Shown here: positions 56,758 to 64,000 of the stretch, one piece after another
How positions within the stretch are numbered: the first letter of the stretch is position 1
Layout of the letters: each line of letters begins with the position of its first letter
Virus record (IMG/VR): IMGVR_UViG_3300042898_006156
Span: 49,560-113,559 of that record
Reading direction: 5' to 3' (one strand)
DNA from: a virus
DNA length: 64,000 nt
Notes under the pieces: model-generated
The model's input: the letters and a program-made list of their open reading frames with translations, nothing else
The model's database searches: none
Told to the model about the DNA's origin: nothing
Program-made: the position numbers and the translations under genes

Positions 56758-59121
56758 ATGGCAAATAGAACATCTTTGGCTTCTGCTATCAGAACAGCAG
56801 CAACACAAGTATCAGGAGCATCAACAACTTCATCAACTGTAGATAGAAATTATGCAAGCAGTCGAATTGGTTTAGGTTTAGGACCAGGCGTAACAAGAAC
56901 TGCTAGTTTAAATACAGTTACGACAGCTCCTAATTTCTATTCGCCATTTTTAACTCCATCATCATTCCAAATTCCAAATGCTCGTCGTGAAGTTTATCTT
57001 TGGGCTAACTGGTGGAGAAATAACGAACCAAAAATTGCTGCAGCTGTCAATTTTTACACCAACTATCCATTCTCTGGTTGGAAATTAGAATGTTCTTCTT
57101 CTTACGTAAAAGACTATTTTGAAAAGTTAGTAGAATCACTAAACTTTCAAAAATGGCTTCCTGAAATTTCCAAAACATATCACTTACTTGGTGATTCATT
57201 TGTTTTGCTTTCTCTTGATTGTCCACATTGTCAAGGGTCAAACTGGGACGATGATAAAAATCAAGAATGTGAACACGATGGTGCAACTTGGAAATCAATA
57301 TCAATTCTTAATCCAGATTCTGTAATTAAAAGCCCAGGCATGATTGATCAGCCTGGAAGTTATGCTTACAGACCATCTGCAGAAGAAACTAGAATTGTAA
57401 ATGAAAGACATCCTAAAGAAGTCTATGACAAGATTCCTGATGATATCAAAAAGATGATTATCCAGGGAAATCCTATCAAACTTAATCCGATCTCTATTCA
57501 TCATTTTAAATACGGATCAAACCCTTGGGAAGATTATGGAATTTCTATGATCAGACCATTGTTTCCAATTTTAACTTACAAAGATAAACTACGTCAAGCT
57601 CAATATATGATTGCTGAGCGTCTTATTTTACCAATCAAGGTTGTAAAAATTGGTAGTGATACAAGACCAGCATCACAAGAAGATATTGACAATGTTCAAG
57701 ATGAATTGGCATCTATTGCAAATGATCCAAACTTAACTCTTGTAACTCACCACAATTTTGATCTTGAATGGTATGGAGCTACAGGAAAAATTCATCCTCT
57801 CACTGGTGAATTTGAATTAATTGAGCAAGAAATTTTAGATGGTGTTATGCTCAACAAAGCTCTCTTGAATGGTGAGGGTCCAACTTATGGCAATGCTCAA
57901 GTTGGTCTTCTTGCAATGGCTCAAAGATTAGAGACTTTTAGAAGAGAAGTTGCACACTGGATTGAGCAAAATGTTTTTATGCCAGTTGCTAAATGGAATG
58001 GCTTTGTAATTGAGGGTGAAAGAGGTCAAGACGAATTAGTTTATCCTAAAATTAAATTTGACGATCTTCAATTACGAGATGATACTGGCAAGCTTCAAAT
58101 GCTTGTCACTGCAAACCAAAATGGTGTTATATCAAATGTTTCTCTTATAGAAGCTTTTGGTTTAGATTCTGATCAAGAAATTGAAAGATTAAGGTTTGAA
58201 CAAGGTGCAAACTTTATGAATGATCAAAATTTTGGTACTCCTAATGTTTCATTAAGCTTTCAAAGTGGTGGCGTTACTGGACAAGGCTTTGGGGCAGCAC
58301 CTACAGATATGTTAGGTGGGATGGGAGCGCCTCCACCTGCTGATTTAGCTGTTGGCGGAGCTGCTCCACCACCAGCAGCCGCTCCTCCAGCTCCAGGTGC
58401 TGCTCCTGCTCCAACAGCATCAACTATGACTAAAAATTACAAGCTAGCCAGTGCAACGATAAATGAAATTTATGATGAAAGAATTAATGCAAAAAATTCA
58501 AGTGTAAGAACTGCTAGTAAAAGAATTAAGTCTGCTGCCCATGAATATTTCTTGATGTCTTTGACTCCAGTGACTGGTAGAGGTTCTCTTGGTCCTCTAC
58601 CAAGTGAATATGATGGATTATTTGGTTCAATACAGATTCCACTTTGTGGTGGAGATAATTCTCATCCATTAAATAATTATGCTCTGGAAGAAATATATCA
58701 ATTTGCCAATAATGATAATGAAGCTATCAAAAAATATGCAAAAAAGAAAGTAGACGTTGCACAACAGCCAAAAATGTTTACTGGCCTAGAAAAGAAATTA
58801 TATGGTTTGACAATGTCTTTAAATATGCCATTTCCTCTATATGCTCAATATTCTGCTGGTCCAACTATGGATTATCAATTAGACGCTGCAATTCCTAACT
58901 TAAAAATTGGTATAGAAGCAGATGGAGAAATTTGGCATAACAATCCAGATAAAATTGCAAAAGATAAACGTAGAGATTCTGAACTAGCTGCAAATGGATG
59001 GATTATTGTAAGATTTACTGATAAAGAAATAAACGATCATCCACAAGATTGTTTGAATGTTCTTATAAAAGCAATAAAGAAACGAACAGGTATGGGTGAA
59101 GGGAATTCGGAATATCTATAA
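56758..59121 (+). CDS. Portal protein fused to a C-terminal DUF559/Vsr-like endonuclease domain
   Basis: Position before the head protease; portal-like core (YHLLGDSF, ILNPD, HFKYGSNPWEDYGISMI, PIKVVKIG, PKIKFDDL); C-terminal YQLDAAIPNLKIGIEADGEIWH...DKRRDSELAANGWIIVRF. Confidence 0.8.
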   Translation: MANRTSLASAIRTAATQVSGASTTSSTVDRNYASSRIGLGLGPGVTRTASLNTVTTAPNFYSPFLTPSSFQIPNARREVYLWANWWRNNEPKIAAAVNFYTNYPFSGWKLECSSSYVKDYFEKLVESLNFQKWLPEISKTYHLLGDSFVLLSLDCPHCQGSNWDDDKNQECEHDGATWKSISILNPDSVIKSPGMIDQPGSYAYRPSAEETRIVNERHPKEVYDKIPDDIKKMIIQGNPIKLNPISIHHFKYGSNPWEDYGISMIRPLFPILTYKDKLRQAQYMIAERLILPIKVVKIGSDTRPASQEDIDNVQDELASIANDPNLTLVTHHNFDLEWYGATGKIHPLTGEFELIEQEILDGVMLNKALLNGEGPTYGNAQVGLLAMAQRLETFRREVAHWIEQNVFMPVAKWNGFVIEGERGQDELVYPKIKFDDLQLRDDTGKLQMLVTANQNGVISNVSLIEAFGLDSDQEIERLRFEQGANFMNDQNFGTPNVSLSFQSGGVTGQGFGAAPTDMLGGMGAPPPADLAVGGAAPPPAAAPPAPGAAPAPTASTMTKNYKLASATINEIYDERINAKNSSVRTASKRIKSAAHEYFLMSLTPVTGRGSLGPLPSEYDGLFGSIQIPLCGGDNSHPLNNYALEEIYQFANNDNEAIKKYAKKKVDVAQQPKMFTGLEKKLYGLTMSLNMPFPLYAQYSAGPTMDYQLDAAIPNLKIGIEADGEIWHNNPDKIAKDKRRDSELAANGWIIVRFTDKEINDHPQDCLNVLIKAIKKRTGMGEGNSEYL

Positions 59122-59147
59122 TTGAAGAATAGTTTGTCACTGTACAA

Positions 59148-59173
59148 TAAACCCGTCGATTTCGACGGGTTTA
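59148..59173 (+). terminator. Hairpin/terminator after portal
   Basis: TAAACCCGTCGA-tt-TCGACGGGTTTA. Confidence 0.7.
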
Positions 59174-59179
59174 AATTTT

Positions 59180-59206
59180 ACAGGTTTTAATATGTTAAAA
59201 ATAGAA
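59180..59206 (+). promoter_or_regulatory. Putative late promoter ACAGG-N18-AGAA
   Basis: Immediately after the terminator, upstream of the protease gene. Confidence 0.65.
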
Positions 59207-59246
59207 CAAATCCTATTGATAACTTTATTTTTTGAGGATTGAATAT

Positions 59247-62200
59247 ATGTACAAGGTTGCAAAAGGAGGAGCTATTACTATTAATAGTTTTCTCAACGAA
59301 AATGACCGAAATATAGCTAGAGATTATATTATTAAGACTGCTTCATCTAATATGAGAGAAGCTGCTAAAATTGGTCTTCAATCTCTATATGCTGATCCAA
59401 AAGAAGTCCTAGAAAAATACAAAGATTTTGACATCGTTAAAGAAATGCAAGCTCGTAAAGGTGCAAAACTTTTATGGGTTAGAGCTAGAGCAATCGATGC
59501 AGATGTTGTAAATGCTAATGGAGACTTATTTTCTAAAGAAGAACTCCTAAAAGAAGCTGAAATTAAAGGCCAAAAAATTCCAGCTTATAAGACTTTTGAA
59601 GGTGTTCCAATTTACACCAATCATAAGAATGACGACATCGAACAGGCTAAAGGTATGGTTGTTTACGCAGAATGGGACGAAAAAGAAAATTGCGTATACT
59701 GCACATTCTTCGTAGATGAAGAAGCTTATCCTGATATTGCAAGAAATATTCGTACTGGCGTAATTCACGATGTTTCAATGGGTGCAAGTGTTGAATGGGG
59801 TGTCTGTTCAATTTGTGGTAATAAAGCATACACTGAAAGAGATTATTGTGAACATCTTAAGAAGTATAAAGGCAAGATTTATCCTGAATCTGGCAAAAAA
59901 GCATATGAAAAGAACTATGGTGTTAAGTTTATTGAATTAAGCTGTGTAGGCGATGGTGCTTTTGAATCTTGTGAAATTCAAGAAATTTATGATGTCGATG
60001 ATGTTTTAGACGCTGCAATGAATTTGGAAAAGAAAGCAAATGAACTTTCTGCAAATATTGTTTTAGCGTTGCAAGGATCTCCACTAGAATCTTCTATAAG
60101 ACCAGAATACGAAAATTGTTTAAGAGTAGCAAATTCTACAGCTAAAACAGCAGTAAGGTTAGCACAACAAGCTGGCACTCTTGTTGGTGGTCCTTTATTA
60201 GCAGGAGCTGGAGCAAATCAAAATTCTACTGTTCAAGCAGTATTGACAGCGCTTGGTATAGATCCTGCTTCTGGATTGAACATTCTTGACTTAATCAATT
60301 TATCACTAAATTTCTTGGAAGTTGCAGTGATGAATATGTTTGCAAGAAAAGATAACGTTGATTTAGGGCATGTTGGCAAAATCACCAAATCAATGGCCGA
60401 ACTTCAATCTACCATGCAGGACATGATTGACGACGGAGTTGATGTTGGGAGTGGACAAAGACCACAGCAAATCAATCAACCTCAAAATATGCAACAGGGG
60501 CAAGCTCCACAAGCTTCTCCTATGAATGCAAATGTTGGTCTGGCTAATTATGCACCAACTGAATCTGTAGGTAAGGTAATGGACCTTACCTATTCTGGAG
60601 ATCAAGGCAGTCAAGTTGGAGGCGGTGTTGCTTTAGCCTCTAGCAATCACAATTTGGTCTGGGCTTCAAGAGACGGCAAAAGAGAAGTTTTTGCTAGTAC
60701 TCAAAAAAGTTCATCTTCCAATAGAATTTTGAATTTTTCACAAAGCATATTAAATTTAAAAGAAAATTTAAACAACGATGCTCAAATTCAAAAAAGTATT
60801 GATAATGTCATTAGAGTTGCTAATGAGAGAAGCAAAAATATAAAAACAAATACGCCTTTTGTGGCGGGGAGCAGAAATCAAATGGATCACTTTGCAAAGA
60901 TTGCATCAGAGCAAAGAAAAAAACTTGCTGCTGCAGTTACAATCGATTTTAAAGTCGAGGATAATGCAGGTAATAGAGTTGTTCTTTCTACTGACGGGTC
61001 AATCACGGGTTACACAAATGGAAAAAGAACTACTTGGGAACCTATCCTAAATGAAAACCAACTTGGTTTAATGGAAAATGGACAAGGAACAAGAGTTGCT
61101 GCAGAATTGCTCAAGGACTACTCACATTTTATCAAGACTGCTTTGCTTGATGTCAAAGAAAGACTTGATGACAGAGAGAGCCAACTCAATGAAGTCAGAG
61201 GCGGTGAGTCATATGATAATTTATATGAAGGTGTTAAATCAAAGAACACTGGCACTGTAAATGAAGTTCGTGAGAAGCAATTAGAGCCTAAACAAACAGG
61301 TGCAAGCCAAGATTGTGTAAGAGAAATTCTTCTTGGAGATGCTGGACTTTATGGTAGAAGAGTAAAGGATGAAGAAGTTCGTAAGTCCTTAACTCAATTA
61401 ATTGACGAAGTTACTCACGGTGTTCCAACTGAAATTTTAGAAAAGCAATTGTCAAATCATCGCACAGAAGGATCTGCTAGTGCAAATGAAATTATGACAG
61501 CAACCATTACTGCATTAGGTAAGGCTGTTATTTCTTCACTAGAAACTCCTAAAACAATTCTTCGTGTTGCGCAAACATTATCTGAAGAGCCAATGCTTCC
61601 AGAAATGATTGGAACTGCTGCTGCTGGAACAGAAATGGAAGCAGATAAAGCAGAAAAGGTAGATTTCTTTGGTGGAGATGCTTCACCAGAAAATTCAGTT
61701 TCCGCTGTTATTAAGCAATTAGGTGCTGCTGTAACTTCTGAAATCACAGCTAGAGATCTTGCTGATGCACTTTCAGTTGCAGTTGAAGAAGGTGAAATGA
61801 CTAAAGAAGGCGTTTCAAGAATCGCTGAACTTCTTATGGGTCAAGCATCTGTTCCTGGAGAAGGTTTGGATGTTGAAACTGCACCTTCAAAAAATGAAGA
61901 ACTCAAGTCTGCACTTATGTCTGCTGTAGATGCTGATGTAGATCTTATCTCCAAAGATGATCTCAAGTCTGCTATTTCTGCTATGGCAATGTCCTCTAAA
62001 GAAACTGGCACAACTCCTGATGAAGTAGTTGATTCTGTTGAAGCAATGCCAGAAAAACAATTAATGGCTGCTATCGATAGAGCAAAGACAGCTACAGCAA
62101 CTGACGGAAGATTAAGATCAAGAGCTAGAAGAGAATTCTGGGGTGTCAAAACTGCATCAACTAAAAGTGTTTCTGAAAATGTTGTTGGTTGGTTAGCAGA

Positions 62201-63383
62201 TTATTCAACAAATTTTGGAATTAGCACAAGAAGAATTGCAAAGGCTGCAAAGAGACTTTGTGAAGAATTTGAAGTTGCACAGAAACTTGTTGCCAAGGCT
62301 GTAGTTGCTTCTGAAAGAACAGCTGGTATGACTGTAACTCAAAGCAAGTCTGATTGTATTAGATTTATGTGTAGAGCTGAAGATCTAAATGGCACACAAC
62401 CAAGCGATAGTAATTTTGATGAGTCTTTCAAGCAAAAAGCTATTGAAGTTCTTCAAGGACATGGATTCCAAGTTGATCCAGGCACATTCTCATTCACAGA
62501 CTTGATTGTTTCTGAAAATGGTGATGTAACAGCAACAGTTTCTACATCTTCCTCAAAAACTTTCAAAACTGACGAAGAATCTGTTGAAATGAATGTTGAA
62601 GATAACGCAGAAATGCCAGTTATAATGACAGAGGGTGCAAGATTAGCTAGAAAGTCTAGAAGAGATGATATTTTAGCGAAATACGCACAAGCCATGCCAG
62701 GAATGGGAGCTCCAGCTCCTCAAGGTCCTGCAGCTGGTCCAGTTGATCCAGGTTTGGGTGGTGGTGCTCCTGCTGGTGGCGATTTAGGTATTTCTTCACT
62801 TACTGGTGGCGCTGACATGAATGAGTCTGCAGATATGGATGCAGTAACAGAGCCTGGTGAAAAGAAGCCTTGGGGTTCTGTTTGTCCAGTTTGTGGTGCT
62901 GATGATGTAAATATTTCAGAATCAAATGCAGACTGCCAAAGCTGTGGAACTACATACAAAATTCTTCAACAAATTGAATTAATTTCAATGGGTGATAAGG
63001 GTAAAACCTCACCTGAAGAAGATCCAATGGGTCTTGGTCCTGATACAGGTTTGGGTGCTGCAACTGCTCCTGCTGAATTACCAGCTCCTGCACCAGCTGC
63101 TCCAGGAATGGGGCCAGTTGCTTCTGATATCAGAACAATGGTTAGATTGTCCGCTACAGTTGATTCTGATGTCTATTTGAAGACTGCATTACCATCGTTT
63201 GATAGAACTGCAGAATCAATGCTTCCTGTCGGTATGGTTTGCCCATCTTGTGGTGATAGAGAAGCACATAAAGTCAAGAATAATACATTCTGTTACAAGT
63301 GTGGAAATTATTCAAGAACAACTGTACAAGCATCAAAGAAAGATCCATCAAAGCTTGATGTATCCATTACTTGGATAGATTAG
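59247..63383 (+). CDS. Prohead protease (HK97/assemblin-like fold) fused to a long scaffold-like region and C-terminal zinc ribbons
   Basis: NANGDLF, PIYTNH (His), HDVSMG (Ser), CSICG...CEH, FIELSCV; CPVC...CQSC and CPSC...CYKC at the C-terminus; ATG 59247 with GAGG RBS (track start 59232). Confidence 0.75.
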   Translation: MYKVAKGGAITINSFLNENDRNIARDYIIKTASSNMREAAKIGLQSLYADPKEVLEKYKDFDIVKEMQARKGAKLLWVRARAIDADVVNANGDLFSKEELLKEAEIKGQKIPAYKTFEGVPIYTNHKNDDIEQAKGMVVYAEWDEKENCVYCTFFVDEEAYPDIARNIRTGVIHDVSMGASVEWGVCSICGNKAYTERDYCEHLKKYKGKIYPESGKKAYEKNYGVKFIELSCVGDGAFESCEIQEIYDVDDVLDAAMNLEKKANELSANIVLALQGSPLESSIRPEYENCLRVANSTAKTAVRLAQQAGTLVGGPLLAGAGANQNSTVQAVLTALGIDPASGLNILDLINLSLNFLEVAVMNMFARKDNVDLGHVGKITKSMAELQSTMQDMIDDGVDVGSGQRPQQINQPQNMQQGQAPQASPMNANVGLANYAPTESVGKVMDLTYSGDQGSQVGGGVALASSNHNLVWASRDGKREVFASTQKSSSSNRILNFSQSILNLKENLNNDAQIQKSIDNVIRVANERSKNIKTNTPFVAGSRNQMDHFAKIASEQRKKLAAAVTIDFKVEDNAGNRVVLSTDGSITGYTNGKRTTWEPILNENQLGLMENGQGTRVAAELLKDYSHFIKTALLDVKERLDDRESQLNEVRGGESYDNLYEGVKSKNTGTVNEVREKQLEPKQTGASQDCVREILLGDAGLYGRRVKDEEVRKSLTQLIDEVTHGVPTEILEKQLSNHRTEGSASANEIMTATITALGKAVISSLETPKTILRVAQTLSEEPMLPEMIGTAAAGTEMEADKAEKVDFFGGDASPENSVSAVIKQLGAAVTSEITARDLADALSVAVEEGEMTKEGVSRIAELLMGQASVPGEGLDVETAPSKNEELKSALMSAVDADVDLISKDDLKSAISAMAMSSKETGTTPDEVVDSVEAMPEKQLMAAIDRAKTATATDGRLRSRARREFWGVKTASTKSVSENVVGWLADYSTNFGISTRRIAKAAKRLCEEFEVAQKLVAKAVVASERTAGMTVTQSKSDCIRFMCRAEDLNGTQPSDSNFDESFKQKAIEVLQGHGFQVDPGTFSFTDLIVSENGDVTATVSTSSSKTFKTDEESVEMNVEDNAEMPVIMTEGARLARKSRRDDILAKYAQAMPGMGAPAPQGPAAGPVDPGLGGGAPAGGDLGISSLTGGADMNESADMDAVTEPGEKKPWGSVCPVCGADDVNISESNADCQSCGTTYKILQQIELISMGDKGKTSPEEDPMGLGPDTGLGAATAPAELPAPAPAAPGMGPVASDIRTMVRLSATVDSDVYLKTALPSFDRTAESMLPVGMVCPSCGDREAHKVKNNTFCYKCGNYSRTTVQASKKDPSKLDVSITWID

Positions 63384-63387
63384 TACA

Positions 63388-63422
63388 CAAAATAGTGGGG
63401 GAATAATTCCCCCACTATTTTG
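63388..63422 (+). terminator. Rho-independent terminator
   Basis: CAAAATAGTGGGGGAA-taa-TTCCCCCACTATTTTG. Confidence 0.85.
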
Positions 63423-63429
63423 CTTGAAA

Positions 63430-63456
63430 AAAGGTGTAAAAACAAGTTATCTAGAA
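63430..63456 (+). promoter_or_regulatory. Putative late promoter AAAGG-N18-AGAA
   Basis: Immediately after the terminator, upstream of ORF 63538. Confidence 0.65.
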
Positions 63457-63537
63457 GATAAAAAAAAGTTTATGAATAACTAATTTATAAATTCTTTGAT
63501 AAAAGATTTTATTTTTATTAAGGGAAGCAGCATAAAA

Positions 63538-64000
63538 ATGAATAAAAATTCGAATAAAGCCAATCAGGGAAAATTTGCAGCAATGAGATTAGCTGAAATT
63601 AATGCAACTGATAAGGAAGATCTTATGAACTGCGCTTCCGACATGGAAAAGACAGCATCTTTGAATACCAATGAAGCTGTCGTTGTCGCAAAAGCAATCA
63701 GAGCAAAATATCTTCCTAATATTGCAAGACAAGCTGGTCTTAACGTTTCAAATTTAGACCTTGATCATGGCAAAGAGACTGTTGACTTCGCAAACGATGA
63801 ATCTGATGATGAAGAAGATGATATGGAATTTCATCACTTTACGAGTGATGAAGATTCAGAAGATGTAGATGACGATGACATGTCTGATGAAGATATGGAT
63901 GACGAAGACGAAGTAGAAGATAGTGATGATGTCGCCACTTTTGAGATTGAAGTTCCCGCTGATATGGTTGACCAAGCACAAAAAGCTGTGCAAGAGGCGC
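63538..64000 (+). CDS. Partial acidic scaffold-like protein (runs off window end)
   Basis: Not in track. ATG 63538 with AAGGGAAG RBS: MNKNSNKANQGKFAAMRLAEINATDKEDLMNCASDMEKTASL... followed by a long D/E tract. Confidence 0.75.
   Translation, partial: MNKNSNKANQGKFAAMRLAEINATDKEDLMNCASDMEKTASLNTNEAVVVAKAIRAKYLPNIARQAGLNVSNLDLDHGKETVDFANDESDDEEDDMEFHHFTSDEDSEDVDDDDMSDEDMDDEDEVEDSDDVATFEIEVPADMVDQAQKAVQEA

Noticed and set aside
63790-63935. GAT/GAA-rich repeat as a DNA repeat element
   Set aside because: It simply encodes an Asp/Glu tract; similar tracts occur in SSB, RecA and the 51560 ORF
1-64000. Genome-wide stop-codon reassignment (TAG or TGA recoding seen in some large phages)
   Set aside because: Conserved genes end at their expected C-termini with TAG (nrdB) or TGA (recJ, many ATGA overlaps), and coding density is high under code 11. 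Only one local TGA (51098) is suspicious.
1-64000. CRISPR arrays, tRNA/rRNA genes, transposases, reverse transcriptase/DGR
   Set aside because: Intergenic gaps are short, and I saw no repeat-spacer pattern, cloverleaf or relevant protein motif. A tRNAscan/Infernal run would be needed to exclude small RNAs formally.

Overview
Fragment of a large, AT-rich dsDNA tailed (probably jumbo) bacteriophage genome that uses the standard genetic code. About 5-45 kb is a + strand replication and nucleotide module with a nearly complete bacterial-type replisome (DnaE, beta clamp, DnaX, HolA-like delta, DnaB, DnaC-like loader, primase split into two genes, SSB). It also holds RecA, RecJ, a split SbcC plus SbcD, a Ycf46-like AAA+ ATPase, class Ia RNR, dUTPase, PurA, a SpoVS-like protein and three sigma-factor-like genes, one clearly sigmaH-like. 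About 45-64 kb is a head-morphogenesis module (TerS, TerL, many head proteins, a portal fused to a DUF559-like nuclease, a giant prohead-protease/scaffold protein). Minus-strand islands of putative virion cargo genes (zincin proteases, a GNAT, a nuclease-like protein, low-complexity proteins) sit among the replication genes. The most notable unexplained pattern is a candidate capsid cargo-loading system. Otherwise unrelated proteins share N-terminal leaders (a MWY type and a helical L[DE]xxGxxxxAxxL type) that end in a [KR]-x-A-[QS] site. That site is also abundant in the head proteins and resembles herpes-assemblin-type Ala|Ser cleavage sites. Most of these genes or their operons lie behind a conserved AGG-N18-AGAA promoter matching the sigmaH consensus, while several replication and metabolism genes have sigma70-type promoters placed for leaderless mRNAs. 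All calls are from reading motifs by eye; no searches were run.
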